From Eledone cirrhosa (Eukaryota), in contig OZ024740.1 in assembly GCA_964016885.1 (NCBI GenBank), positions 188,232,001-188,296,000 on the forward strand: a stretch of DNA of 64,000 nucleotides, in the 5' to 3' direction. The notes below the pieces were generated by a model that was not told the origin of the DNA, did no database searches, and saw nothing but the letters and a program-made list of their open reading frames with translations. The stretch's first letter is position 1; every line of letters begins with the position of its first letter. Positions 1 through 15,159 of this stretch are shown piece by piece. The position numbers were made by a program, and so were the translations under genes.

Positions 1-2267
1 TCATACTTCCTTTTTTATGGTTAGTTTTGCTAAAACTGCCTTAGAACATATTGTGTAATATCTATAAAAGGAGTTGTTTCCTTTTAATACTACATACATT
101 TAAAGTTGTTCATTTGAAATGTTGAACACTTTCATAAATATCTACTTGTTATTCAATGTTTCCCTTTGTCTTACTTTTTGGTGATGTGGAGGTGCATGTT
201 TATCATTCCATACGAAAGTTTCATTGATTTGATTTACATATTGAAGAATAGGGCCTTACAAAATAATTATTAACTCAGATATATGAAAATTGATATTCAA
301 GTATATTGTACTTAACCTTACATTTATGTTCCTTTCATCACAAATGTGATTGATGATATTGTTTCGATGTTGGTAGTTGTGATGGTGACATTCTCTCAGA
401 ATCAAATCCAATAAATCCTATATACACATATATATTCCTATATATATTTATATAACTACCCAGACATATTCTCGGATATTGTCACATGCGTACATGTTTT
501 GAATGATTTAATTGAGAAAAACTTTTGAATGATGTGCATGACATAACCTGGATTTCTTGATTTATAAATCAATAAAAGAAGACATCACTTTTAATGCATT
601 AGGAAATAATCTTGTGAAGTATTATATAAGGCTTAGTTATTAGACTTCAAACATTATGTGCTGTATTATTGCTGCAAATCAGTAATTGAGAAACGTTTCC
701 CCTTGGCAAATCGATCTATATATATACTTAGCAATGTTCCTTAGAAAACATGAATCATTATTTCAGCAATGCAGCATTTCTTTGCAATATGAAAATACAA
801 AGTTTGGAATATATATTTTGCAATTCAATTATAGATTTGATCACTTTAAGGTTTTAATGAAGTATAAAAATATTTATGATTAATATTTTACATAAGATCA
901 AATATATTCTTAATTCATCATTGAAAAATTATATAGATATATAAACATTGAAAGTGAGGAAAGACTAAATATATATTAAGAAAGGAACAGAAAACTAGAA
1001 CTGTTTGTCCATCTGTTTATCCCACTGTACTTTTCTCTTCTCTCCTATATGAATATAGATAATGATATGTTAATGGATTTAGATATTTCAATAAGTGAAT
1101 AAACGAAAGAGTACATAGATAAAAAAAAACATTAATCCATACAAAATATTTATTTTTTCAATGATAAAATGTTTCTTTCTATAATTTTCGTTCCTTCAAA
1201 AATTTATTTTAGATATAAATAATGGAGTATGGGCTATAGACTTAGCTTAAATATTTCACTAAAATATAAAGGTAAATTGTGTATTTTTGCATATGTTAGT
1301 ACCTATGTTCATGCATGTTGGACATGTCTGATATATTATACATCATTAATTGACTAGGACTCCAAGTGACACCTCCAGTGGTTAATTCATTCAGTCTAAG
1401 ACCTCAATCAATCCAAGATATATAATAAATTTGATTCTATTACCACTGTTGAGTTCTCAACTCATATAATCATTTATGTCAACATTCCTAACACACACAA
1501 TCAATATTTTCCCTTTATGTCCATATGTTCATGCTCACATGAGCTGGATAGATCATTATCATCTAAGCAAGTTCTTATTCAGTGTTAATGCCTTCATAGA
1601 TTGCTTGAGGGCCACATCGTACTTGTACATTCCATGTTTGGCTCTTGGATAGCCATACAACTACCAAGCACTTTATGGAGTGAACTTGGAATATTTTATC
1701 ATGGTACTGACAGGAGAGAGATTCTCTTTTCCCCAGCAAGAATAAAAAGTCCCTTCTATAAAACATTGTCTCAATATATATATATATAATCATCATCATC
1801 ATTTAACGTAGCTTGCGTTATATATGTATGTATATAATATATATATATATATATGTGCGTGTGTATGTGTGTGTCATTCCACTGATACTGCTTGGATAGC
1901 AAACAACATTAGTGTATGCTCTGTAGCTCACTGGTTTGTATGAAGAAAGCATTTGTTAACATTAGGAAAGGCATCTAAATATAGAATATAGCCATTGTCA
2001 GCATGGAAAAGACAAGTTAAAAATATATTATGGATTCATATATCATATAATGTATTATTGTTATATTATATATTATCATTAATTACAGGCACCTCACATA
2101 ATTGTATATAATGAGACTCATTATCACACCATTATGTTACAGATATTTTCCATGCTAGCAATGGCTGGATGCGTTGTCACAGTCTATGTCTACATGTAAC
2201 AATGGACCATGTCTTGCTCATATGTTCCATCTCTTGCATGGTTTCTACAGCTGGATTACCTTCTTAA

Positions 2268-2430
2268 AATTACAGAGTGTATTGGGTGTATTTTACTCTG
2301 GCACCAACACTACCACTTTACAGAGTGTATTGAGTGCTTTATCTTGTCACTAGCACCACAAATTTACAGAATGTATTGGGTGCATTTTATCGTAACACCA
2401 TCACTTTCACTTACAGATGTGTATTTTATA
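2268..2430. repeat. Degenerate tandem repeat, ~45-bp unit x4 (RTE 3'UTR-like motif)
   Basis: Recurring 'ttacagagtgtattgggtg...gcacca' unit. Confidence 0.6.
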
Positions 2431-2431
2431 A

Positions 2432-2519
<88 letters not shown>

Positions 2520-2521
<2 letters not shown>

Positions 2522-2798
2522 ATAGAAAACGAAAAATCAGTGATTCACCTGAACTCAATTTATTGTGTGTTACAATTGTTTTGCCGGTGGACAGCTTGAG
2601 ACGCAATCATTGTGTGGATCTGTCTGATTCTGGACCTGCAGGTTCGACGGACACGTCTAATGATTTCAGAGCATATTCTCTCATTCTGACTCAGATGCAT
2701 CACTGATTTTTCGTTTTCTATTCGATCATACTCTGCTCTGTAAGAGCATAAAGTGCTCAAAAGGCATACCACCTATGGAAGCATCTTAGCTACCATCA
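2520..2798 (+). mobile_element. Microsatellite-flanked fold-back element (Penelope-like pLTR-type)
   Basis: Perfect 25-bp inverted repeat 2520-2544/2699-2723, then a unique tail containing aagtgctcaa; flanked by (TA)n(GA)n and (CA)n(TA)n. Confidence 0.55.
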
Positions 2799-2876
<78 letters not shown>

Positions 2877-4486
2877 TACATTTTTATGCACACACATTTT
2901 GTACTTTATATAGTCAACAGTTTGTGTTGTTTATCTTGTGATTACAAATCATTGTTATCAACTGATTAGTAAAAGAGAAAAGGGTATTTATATATTGCAA
3001 AATGTATTGGTTTTCTATCTAACGTTTTTAATGAACTGAAAATAGAAATTCCATTGCTGGAAAACTTTTATAAAATGAAACAAACAGCAGCAAAGATATA
3101 TTATATTCAATTATATTCATTTAGATTGTTTTGTTTCCTTTACGCAGCTGGTATCTACTGTTTTTACAATAGAGAGGATAAATACAATTCTCCGTCAGAT
3201 TTCATTCTAATTTCAGATAATGGCACCAGAAAAGTCTGACTGTTTAATTCCTCTTGGTTGAGCAAAAGTTTCATGTTGTTCCCACTGTTAAAAGAAAGCT
3301 AATATCTTTCCAAGAAAATTATATAAAGAAAGCTAAAATCTTTTTTTCTCATATGATTTCAGTATAAAATATAAGAACTCTTTATATGTGATCAGTGCGA
3401 TAAAGTAATTCCGTAATACTTAAGGGTTTTAGAGATTATTTTCAAATGCAGAGGGAAAAAGTGCATGTTAGTATAATATGCAAATTATGCTTATGTTGTG
3501 AATGTATTGCTAAATAACATTTCCAGTAAAATGTTGACTTCAGTTTCATGTGTTTTATATATTACAAAGCTAGTTGGAGCATTAACTACTGTGAGAGTAT
3601 GCCATTTTCATTAAGATTGATTGAATAAAAAATTTACTAAAAGCAATCAATACGAAACCTGTATATTTTCATTTGCAAAATACTTATAATTTATCATCAT
3701 AGCTTACATTTTTATAGGTATAACCCAGGCTTGATTTTGATTGACTAAGCTCTTTAACTATTATTTTAACTCAGCTCATCACCATCACTCTATATTTCCT
3801 ATCTTTTGAAAAAGGGTCCTAATGCCAAAATATCATGAAATATAAAGTTTAAGTGTAAAATGTGGACCATTTTTTTATAATGATGATGTATCTTTCTTTT
3901 AATTCATTGAAAGCTTTATACAATTAATTCTTCTATTATAAGTTTGCTCCGTGTTTGTCCACCTAAAACGTGATTCTACCTTTTTATGAAGTAACAAATT
4001 ATTTTTACTTTCTGATATCCCCTTCCTGTCTTAATGTATTATTTTCTCATCCATAACGAAGAAATAAAACCGAAGTATTTAGAAAGATCAGTTGCTGTGC
4101 ATTGTGAGAAGATGAGAATTGTAACATAATCTTGTACATGAGAAGAAAATGAGAATTTGTTGGACGGTTATATATAAAGCTGGAGAGTATTGAAATGTGC
4201 AGCTGTGATGATCAGGTAAAAAGGATGTTAACTGAGAGTTACAAGATATACTAGCCTGGTGAAAGACAATATGAAAATGAGATTTAAAAAATAGAATGCA
4301 TTTACAGATGTATGAAATTTTAACAGAAAAACAGTTATACTATCTTTAAAAACAATGCAACTTTGGATGGGATCTATCTCTTTGGAATGCTTTCATAAAA
4401 GTTTCAAAGATACTGTTGATATGAAAATTGTAATAAATCCATGTTGCAGTTTTTATTGTTGTTGTTGTCGTCGTTGTCGTCGTCCA

Positions 4487-4800
4487 TCTTCTTCTTCTTC
4501 TTCTTCTTCTTCTTCTACTACATTTCTGGAAGGGTCATGGCAACAGACTCCTGAAACAATCCTTCCAACAGGTTCTGTCAAAAGATAGTTTGCCTCCAAT
4601 TGATCTGATTGGATTCACAAGTGAGACCAGCCAAGCTAATGGATGTTATCCAACCATCTCGCTCAGGGTATACCCCTGGGTCTCATACTGGTTGGTTTTG
4701 CTCATAAAATCTGTCCAGCAAGTCTTTCCTGTGACATGCCTGTAGCATCAGAGTTGTTATCTCTCAATTCAGAGAAATAGCAGTTCTACATGGAGCAACT
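4487..4800 (-). mobile_element. Degraded non-LTR (RTE-like) 3' end with (GAA)n tail
   Basis: (ttc)n followed by 'gggtcatgg...ctccaattgatctga', similar to 7519-7650. Confidence 0.45.
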
Positions 4801-6244
4801 CTCTGATATCCAAGCTACGGTATCCATATTCAAACCAGAAAACAAAATTGGGCATAAAAGAAAGGTTATCTACCTTTTATAGTACAGAAACTTAAAATTG
4901 GCTGACATATGAAAATGAACTGCAGTGGAAGATTTTCAGTGAATTCTTAATGAGAATGATATAGCACTGACCAACCTTCTATATTCTGTGAGTTAGTGCA
5001 TGAAATGTGTCAATGATCAAAGATCTAATTTCAATACAGACCTTCAAATTAAAAGTAACACATGTATTTTTACAATTATTTGAATAGTGTAATTTAAATA
5101 TATGTATGTGGGAGGTTTGTTAAAACACTTTTCTAAATTAATATATAATCTAATTATAGAAAAGAAAAAAAAAGGCACAATAATATATTTAAAAAAAAAA
5201 GATTCTGTTATAAATATAATAAATAGCATTACATGTTGAAGTTCTCAAAGAATTTCAACATTCCCTGTCAGTTATATTCTAATGTAGCACATTCTATTTT
5301 ATCAATAAAGCTGGTAACAAATCTGATTAGCATTTAGATAAGTGGTTCTTCTCAAAACGTATGGCTTCCGATTTCATTTACTCTTGGGCATTTGCTAATA
5401 TTGATGGAGGAATATATTAATAGTAAAACATATTTACACAGTTGAGTCTTTATCCTTTCTCTGATATATTCGAATCAACTTAACAAGCTAAATTCAATGT
5501 TAACTACTGCTAATCATATATTTGATAATATATATTTATCTGCAATTACAGAAACATAATCTGAGCCAAAACCTTCAAATCTTGCTTTACCACAATAAAG
5601 GTGTGTTTGTGAGTGTTAGGAGGGATCTCTTTAAAATAAATAATGAAAGAAAATGTAATATTTTTATTTTTATTTTAAATGAAAGCTTCAAATATATTTG
5701 TCTGATCAGATTCAGAGAAATAAAAGGTTATGTTCCAAGTACTTATTTCTTTTCATTGAAAGTTATTTTCCTTGAAAATATATTGTGTAGCACATCACCA
5801 CTAACACTTCAGAGTAAAAAGAAAATAATGAAATAGAAATAAAAGATTAAAAAATACAAATCAAAAAGATTCTTCTAAACATGTACACTAATGAAATGAC
5901 TGTATCGCAGTATTTTCTTTTCTTTTTAACACACAAATGTATTGTTTTCAACAATTTCTAATGATCACTGACAAGAAAAATACATAAATACAATAGAAAT
6001 AAATGGTGTTGCTTTGAAGGTTAACTATTATTTACTCATTTTATTTTTTCTAACTATTTTTTTAATGTTAATATAGAAACTTAATATCATAGTTCTCCTT
6101 AATGTACTTAATGTCTTGTTTTCATAGAACAAACTATCAAAAGATGTATAAACTACACACACACACATATAAATATAAATAAATAAATATATATATATAT
6201 AATTCATGATTAACATCTTTTTGTTTACTTCAGACTCTGTTTAG

Positions 6245-6311
<67 letters not shown>

Positions 6312-7250
6312 CATGTGTGTGTGTATAATTTTGTTGTTATTGTTGCTTAGTGTTCTCTTCTTTCTTTTATTTCTCATCCTTATTCCTCTATCATTCCTCC
6401 ACTCCCCTTCCTTGTTCTTCTCAACGCACTTCTACCCCACTCACCATCAACACCACCACTACTACTATACTACTCTAAGCAGCATTACTACAACTACTAC
6501 TACTCTTACTACTACTACTGCTGCTGCTGCTACATTCCATTGAAGGAACTCTATAATATAAACAAAATAAATAAGTTGGTTAGTTTAAGGCTAACATTTG
6601 TATTAAACAATGCTACATTTATTAAGATTTAGAAATGTTTTTCTAGGTATCTTTTCAAACCACCTTTCATTTTCCTCTGATGTATTGTAAGTCCAAATGT
6701 TGAGAAAGAGCAAATAATAATGTATTAAACAAACCAAAATGAACCCTTAATTTGCTAACGGATAATCTAATAATTATAAGAAAATATTGCAATAAAATTC
6801 ATTATCTAATAACTAAATATCAAATATTACATAAAGAATCTGGATAATGATATTCTCTACATTCTCAGTGCTATTATATTCAAGATGAAAAGTAATTCTG
6901 AATAGGTGCAGGCATGACTGTGTAGTTAAGAGTTTGCTTTGTTTGAATGTGTTTGTTTTGTCTCTGTCACTTAGCTTCATATTTGATATTGTTTAATCTT
7001 TAATTTTTAGTCAAGGCTTTTAGTGTTAACTCATAAATTTAATTCTATATATCGCTGGAAAGTAAAATACCAACTAACTACTTGAAGGATCTCTTGTGTT
7101 TAGATTTGTAGAAATAATGTTATTTTCATTTCCATTAACCAGTGGTAGTCTTATAAGTTTTTTTGTTCATTATTGTTGAATGCGACATGAGATGTCTTTG
7201 CAAAGCAGCTGGTAAAGCCAGAAGGGATTATTAGTGGCTAATAAATGAAA

Positions 7251-7307
<57 letters not shown>

Positions 7308-7492
7308 GGCTGGTGGATTGGCAGTATCGGTAGAGAGTCGGACGCCATGCTTTGCAGCAAAGAGTTACGGCCCTTTATGGTCTGAGTTCAAATCCCACCG
7401 AGGTTAACTTTGCCTTTCATCCTTACGGGACCGATAAAATAAAGTACCACTAATGCACTGGGTAATTGCTGGCCTTGTGCCTAAAGTAGAAA
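7308..7492 (+). mobile_element. tRNA-derived SINE, family A
   Basis: A-box tggcagtatcgg, B-box gagttcaaatcc, conserved body gcctttcatccttacggg..gataaaataaagtacc; near-identical copies elsewhere in the window. Confidence 0.85.
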
Positions 7493-7518
7493 TAATAATA
7501 ATTATTATTTTTGTTGTT

Positions 7519-8230
7519 GTTCTTCTTTTTCTTTTTCTTCTACTTCTTTACCCATTTATTCCTGAGAGGGTCATGAGGACAGAGTCCTAAAACGCTTCTT
7601 CTAGCGTCATCTAACAGAAGCAACCATCTCCAACTGATCTGGCGAGAGTAGCCAAGCTCATGGAATATTTGCAAGCCAAGCCCTGTAGATCTCCTTTTTT
7701 GCCCAGATGTCATCTTTGGCCTCTTGATTGAACTAAGGGATCCTCCTGCCAACTGGCATCACACCAAGCCTCTTTAGCCCCCAGAAAGTAACAGCTGAAG
7801 AAGAAACTGCTGAAATGAACAAACCCCAATTGTTTCAATGTGTTCAGTTTGCTGAGGGAGTTCTCTGAATTTGGATGCAATAGTATCTGCATACCTGGTC
7901 CTAACTTCCTTATCCATCAATGCTTCCGACTTTATGTTGTATGTCACCCTGGACGTGCCAGTTTTGTTTGGTTCTTTGGCTTAATGTAGTCACAAGTTGC
8001 ATATAACTACAGAGACAATAACAAAATCAATTATTGATCTCTCCCTCATACCATGTATATTTATGGATGTCTCTGTGCTGGAAGAAGATGTTCATAATAG
8101 AGAGTTCATTGCTAGAACAGAAGTCTAATAATGCCTCTCCCTTCATATTTAGATTGGGGTTGCCGTTCCTTCCAATCAGTCTTTCTATGTCAAGTGGTCA
8201 GTGCCAACTTGTGCATTGAAGTCTCCCTTC
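7519..8230 (-). mobile_element. Degraded RTE-like LINE 3' fragment
   Basis: (ttc)n tail, similarity to 4487-4800, higher GC than flanks. Confidence 0.45.
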
Positions 8231-10949
8231 ATTAATGGAGTCACAGACATACCTAGCACTCACAACATGACACTACTGCATCCTTAGCTGTAGATTACCA
8301 ACTTCATCTTTCTGTAACACATCTAGTAAAAGTTCCTGCTGCAAAAAATGAAAAAGATATTCTCAGATTGTCATGTTAAGTATTTTAACCAGAAATGGAA
8401 TAACATATCAATTTTTGGAATATTTTAAGTTTTTGAGTGCTATGCATATGGTTTATTTAGTAATAAAGGACTATTTGATGATGGTTTTATTATATTTCTC
8501 TGTAGGACCTCATTACATATCCATCTTATATATTTGTAATGACATTTCAGCCATTGTATCATTGTAGATGACTACATTTTTGCTAGCACTTCTGTAAGTT
8601 CTTTTCACTTGAAATGATGTACCAATTTAAAGTTCTATTAGATTTAAACAGATCATTCCTTAGAGCATTTAATAAGGTAGTCATCTTTTGAATTTAGATA
8701 TTAAAACAACACCTGTCTTTCATTTAAGGATCATACTGTTATCTACTCAGATTGTAAAACATCATTTTTATATCAAATTTTGTACATTTCCTTGTAAATA
8801 TTATCATATACATTTGTTGGGATATAATTATTTTCATATTATTTCGTATTGGTATATGTCTTAGTGAGATTTTATATTGAAATGATTTTCATCTGCTTCT
8901 TTTTGTTACTTTTAAAATGTGTTTTGTTAAACATCACCCATCCTCCATGTTTAGTGGAACTGAAATTCAGAAAGCTAAAATTTAATATAACATTGCATTT
9001 CTTTTTAATGAGTGATACTTTCAGGTTAATGAAGCTAGCTTACCATTAGCACTCGTATAAATGATTTCATTGGAAATATATAACATGCAATGAATAAATC
9101 AAATATTCCATGTGAGATTTTGTAATGAACACAGGCTTTCAGTTATGGTATTACATCTACTATGATAATTATTTCACTTGAATGCCTTCTTTCACTCCAA
9201 TTCCCTCAGCTCACAACTAGTTGTTCTTAACTATAATGATCTATTAGCGTTTCTACAATCAATCTACTTCATTTGGCTTCAGGGAGCAGAAATTAATTTA
9301 ATGATTCTGAAATGTCATGTTTTATATTTGAAGACTATATTTAATTTTTTTTTCCTCACTGTTTAGAACTATAGGTTTAGGAAGTCTGTTTATGTATTAT
9401 TTGATTAAATAGAAAATTGTTTATAAAATTATTAAAAAGCATCACTGATCTCTTAACCGAAGTAATACTAATATTTTGTTATATGTATGGATTAATACAG
9501 AGATTATCAGAGTAAGTTAATGAGAAAACATTTACGTATTCTGAGTTCCCAAACAACAATTTTTTATTTTCAAATTGAAATAGTTTTTATATGTAGTTAA
9601 AGGGATCAAGGAACTCTATATTCACATGGCATTACAAACATTACTGATCAAACGAGTTCTGTCTGTCTGCTTCATTCATTAGTCAGTAGCTGACCAGTTG
9701 TTTATTACAATTTTATTCAAATTTGTTTCTCCTTCTCTTGATAATGGTTTCTAATTTATGTACAAGACCACATTTCTTTTATTCAGGGAGTGGGTGGTTT
9801 GATTATATCTACTCCAGTGTTTGATTTATACATACACTATCAACTCTGAAAGGATTGGACTGATGAAAGGCAGAATTGACGTTAGTGGGATTTGAACTCA
9901 GAATGCAAAGAGTCCAACACAAATACTGCAAAGTATTTGGTTCATTACACAAATTGTCTGCCAATCCACCATTATTTCTCCTCTTATTAGTGGTTTCTAA
10001 TCAAGACCAGCAGTTTGTTGGTAGGAGAAGTCAATTATATCAACCTTCATACTGGTACTTATTTTATTGAACCCAAAAGAATGAAAGTTGATCTTGACAG
10101 AATTTGCCCTAAATATTCTGGCAAACCACAGCCCTTTCTCCTCTTAATAAGAAAGAAACATTGTAATGCTGAAAGTAGCCTTATGAATTATTGCTGTCTG
10201 TGCCAAAGTTTCTTTGTTTAAAAAAGTTATGAAAATTAATTAACATTTACAATTTTATTGATAACGTTTACTCTAACAACATTTAGCTAAGTAGCTCTAA
10301 CTTATCAATCATTTGGAGATAGTTTAATTCCTAGTGGACACGCTGGAATGAATATCTGAGGGCTCTGCCCCCATGACCCTGTCAAGCGTAAGTGGGCAAA
10401 GAAGAACAACAACAATAAGATTTATGGTTACATCAGGCTATTTTACAATTAATACTTATATATATATTTTTCCTTGGTTTAAAAATACACATCAATATCA
10501 AGCAATGAGATTTTAAAAATATGCCTTGTCTTTGAGAAAAATGAAAAGCATACAATTAAATGTAAAAAAATTATTAGAAACCATTTGATATTGAAATTAA
10601 AATCCAATATTTAAACACTAGACTTTGCTCCTGAGAGTCAATATTTTTTTATTTACATACAATTCGTAGTGAGCAAAACAACTGTAAGAATTCCGTTTTT
10701 TCCCCCTGCTTTTAATTAGTTTTCCGAAAATTTTCCTATTAATTTGTAAAATGTCTTATTGGATGATATAAAGAAAATGTATTTGAAGAAAGTTTTGTTT
10801 CCATTCATTCTAAATAAACATATGAAATTTTTGTATTAGATTTAATAGCAAACTTCCCTTATATGAATATAACATGATGGCAAAATGATATAATTTGACT
10901 CAGTGATTTCTTTCAATGTCTGTCTTTCTTTCTTCGTTTTTTCATCATG

Positions 10950-11070
10950 TGAAGGTGTGTGGCCTGGAGGTTAGGGTGTGAGACTCATTCATGATCATAA
11001 CATGATGGATTTGTTTCTTGGATCAGTCAGTATATTGTATCCTTGGGCAAGGCATTTTATTTTACCTAGC
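10950..11070 (+). mobile_element. tRNA-derived SINE, family B (diverged)
   Basis: gtggcctggaggttagggtg...ccttgggcaaggcattttatttt, related to 55251-55512. Confidence 0.55.
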
Positions 11071-11409
11071 TTTTCATTAATGGGACCCCTATCATTAAAA
11101 CAGGAAACCCATATACTACACACTTCAATTGTTTATACATTTGAGCTAAACACTTCACTTGTTTATTAATTTTTCATTTTTTTTATATATGTTTGCTTTT
11201 TACATTTTATCTGATATGAATATGCTTGTAGAGTATTTATGCCTATAATTTTTTTATGGCCTGTACTTACACAATTTTCTTATATAATGTCATTTTAAAT
11301 TCTAAAACAAAGTACCTGTAATTAATTCAATGAAAATCTCTTACTAAAATTTAAGAAAGGTACTTTCGAGTGAGGTGCGTAGCATGATTTCTTGCATAAT
11401 AATGTGGAT

Positions 11410-11593
11410 GGGCGGTGGATTGGCAGTATCGGTAGAGGGTCGGAGGCCATGCTTTCCAGCATAGTTACGTCCCTTTATGATCTGATTTCAAATCCCGCCG
11501 AGGTTGACTTTGCCTTTCATCCTTACGGGGTCGATAAAATAAAGTAGCAGTAATGCACTGGGTAATTGCTGGCCTTGTGCCTAATGTAGAAAC
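11410..11593 (+). mobile_element. tRNA-derived SINE, family A
   Basis: Near-identical to 7308-7492. Confidence 0.85.
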
Positions 11594-12542
11594 AAATAAT
11601 TTATTAGTGATTCTATTTAATTTTTACACCAAATATTCATTTAGATGACAAGACAAATCATTGTCAGCCAGTTTTATGTCAGTTATTTATGTCAGCAATA
11701 TTTGTAATAATGCTGACCTGCTGTATGTATATGCAGATATTACTAATCCTTCAATCAATATACATTTTGATGATTTAATAAATCAATAAAATCTCTTCGG
11801 AATTATGATTCATTTTAATGATATTTGCTTTTATACACAATGATTTATTATGTGGAATGTCCTTTTTACAACTTATACAAGGGGTTGGTCTTAAATTGGA
11901 TTTTGTATTAAAAGCGAATATTTGATATTCACTTTGTCAGATCAATCAGGATTATTGATTGAATTCTTCATACATTCAAAGATCTATTCACCTTATGTTG
12001 TAAATTGAGGCAAACATAACCAACCAATTTATTATCAAGTGTTGTCTACAATTCAAAGTGATAAAAATCATAAAGTTAACAATAAATATATCTAAAAAGT
12101 TTAATATTTGCAGAAAATAATTTATTCACATATTCATTATATTTAGTATATATACTTACATACATTACTTGTGTTGATTCCAATCAGTAATATAGGAATC
12201 TATTATTAATGTTTCCTCCTTTCTAACCTAGAATATTGGAGAATGTATATATGCATGTCATGCATTTAAGTGTTATAGATACTACCAAAAGAGAAGTGAT
12301 ATCATTTTGCTTACCTTACTGTATCTGGTGAAGGGTGACACCACAAACAAATAGCCATACTAACTTCACAGTTGGGTAGTTATAAATAGAAAGTGCAGCC
12401 TGCAGTAAAAAGTAGTTGCTGTGGCAATATGCAGGGATCATAATTTGCAAGCATCATTCCAATCAACAAGGAGAACATGTGAGCATGACTGAGATACCTA
12501 AACAATCGAAGCTGAAACATATGAATGGTTTATGATAATGTT

Positions 12543-12721
12543 GGATTGGCAGTATCGGTAGAGGGTTGGACGCCATGCTTTGACGCATAGAGTTACGGCC
12601 CTTGCCATTCTGAGTTCAAATCCCGCCGAGGTTAACTTTGCCTTTCATCCTTACAGGGTCGATAAAATAAAGTACCAGTAATACACTGGGTAATTGCTGG
12701 CCTTGTGCCCAAAGTAGAAAC
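12543..12721 (+). mobile_element. tRNA-derived SINE, family A
   Basis: Near-identical to 7308-7492. Confidence 0.85.
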
Positions 12722-13605
12722 AGTTATTAATATGTTTGTGTTTATGGGTTTTGAAGAAGGCATTGGATATACAAATGATGACTCGCTCAATATTTATATA
12801 GCTTTAGGTTCATACATTTAAATTGTGTGTGTGTAGGCTTTATTCAGGAAAAGTATATATGTCATAGTATAGAGATTAACTTCATTGATGATGTTTTAAT
12901 AGTTTTAATTCCCAGTTAAGGAATTTTCCCTCACATACCCAATAATTGTAATTTCTGACCTTAGTAGCCTGGAAAGCAGGAAGGTTGAAGAAGACTGATT
13001 TATCTACAATACATAGAACATTTAAAATATTTCCCCAATGACTCATAATTACAATAATAAGACAATTTAAATTCATCTTCACTATTAACAATTCCCAAAT
13101 AATAGCAAATGGTCAGAGAGGATTTGGAGTATATTCCTCACAACCCATTCTGGCATGCAAAAATAGACATTAAAATAGTGATAATAATGGCTGTAATGAC
13201 ATTAATAACATAGTGCAAGATTGCACCAAATTATTGTTACATTTATAAGTTGTTACTTTACTTTCTGTTGAGAATTATTCTTTTAAGATTTTCTAGTAGA
13301 TTTATATTATGTTCCACAAGTGTTTGCACCTTAAATTAATATACATACAATGTCATAGAGATCAACTCTAGATCCATTAAGGAAGGGGGTGGGGATTACA
13401 TGCCTGTTTGTATGAGAGAAGGAGAGTAGAATGATATGATATACCATATCTGACTTTGTAAATAATAAGAATATTTCAAATATGACTCCTGATGTTCCTG
13501 TCATATTTAAGAACCCCCAAATAACAAATACAATGAGCAGTTGTTAAAAGTGATAAAATTGCCCTAGTATCCTAGAATATCAGTCATACTTATAGTAATT
13601 GTAGT

Positions 13606-13662
<57 letters not shown>

Positions 13663-14016
13663 CATCATCATCATCGTTTAATGTTCCTTTTCCATGAGTT
13701 AGACAGATTGAACCATTAGAGGCAAGTTTTGTCAAGTGAACATGTCTTGCTGTTTCTGGCTAGATTGCTACGGCTGGATTCACAAAGTATATCAGAATGT
13801 GGTCACAGTTAATAAAGGTACTCATCATCTTAGTAGAGTATAGGCATATTTCTATTATTATAAAAATGACTTCTACAGGACTAGAACTGTTTCACCCAAA
13901 CATACTTATATAAACATCATAACCAATTCATATCTTTCAATTTTCATCTGACATGCTCATAATTTCTTCCTGCTGATTGGAATAATGTTTGCATATATAT
14001 ATATATATATATATAT

Positions 14017-14220
14017 AACGAAGAAAGTGTGGTAAGGAACCAGATCGACCATAATGCAGCAGAGTACTTGATACTTAGGGTAGTAGAGTGGGTAATAGGA
14101 AGAGAGTCAGGACCTCGATGGCTGAGCTCCGGCCGTTTCGACAACTAGATCAAAATAGTTATGATCTAGCTCTCAAAATGGCCAGAGCTCAGCTGTTAGG
14201 GTCCTGACTCTTTTCCTATA
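14017..14220 (-). mobile_element. TA-inserted fold-back element
   Basis: Inverted arms ~14095-14152/14162-14219, unique tail 14017-14094, (TA)n on both sides; internally deleted relative at 38167-38253. Confidence 0.75.
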
Positions 14221-15159
14221 TATATATATAAACATGCATACATATGTATATCAATGCATGGTATACACAGATCTGTGCTGAGGTGCTACTGTACTCTATC
14301 TCTGAAGGTTGTTTTTCCAAGGCGAATTAATTATGATTGCTTCATTTTTTAATCATTGTGAACTCCTTAGATTTAGTGGGGGAACCACTATACAAGAACA
14401 AATTTAAACATTAAATTAATAATTAGTGGTTTTGAAATTTATGTGTGTTTTATATTCAGATATTTTTCTTAATAACTCGAAGGGAAATATGAACGAGAAA
14501 CAAATCTGTTAAACAGTATTCACTTTTTCCTTCTTTAATTTCATTCATTTGGAGAGATTATAAAAGTTCATCTAAATCGGTACATTGAAAATGTAATATA
14601 AACTTATGTAGATCACTAAGATGTAATACAAACATAGTTTTGTAGAATTTAGAAAATACATATGAACACTAAAGAAAAAAAAAATAAACACCAAATTCAA
14701 AAACATGGCCTGTGGTCAGTCAATAAGTCTATTAGTTTATTTTATTTTATATTAGAAAATAACATTTGGAGAATCAGATAATGTTACTTTCTCTTGTGGA
14801 GTGCTTCATTATTTTCAATTTGGCAAATTCTAATTTGCACAATAGCAATTAGTATTAAAATTTTAATAAAAGTCCATGACATTCTTTGTATTTTAGAAAT
14901 TTAATAATGTTTTTACTTTTATGTTTCTCTCATGATTTTTATGATTCTATCATTAATTTGTTACCAGCATTCAAGTATATATTTTCTTCTTGATTTCTCT
15001 CTGTACTAGATACATCTTGGATCTGTAATGGATAGACTAGCAAATTAAGTTTACTTTTTTTCTTTTTGCCCTCTCTTAATAAAGGAATTAAAATAAATAA
15101 TAGTTATATAATTAGAATCTTTAGATTTATGCATATATATATGTATTTATTTATTATAT

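Noticed and set aside
8253-8338. Minus-strand exon-like segment with good acceptor and donor
   Set aside because: Stops in all three frames; no supporting neighbouring exons
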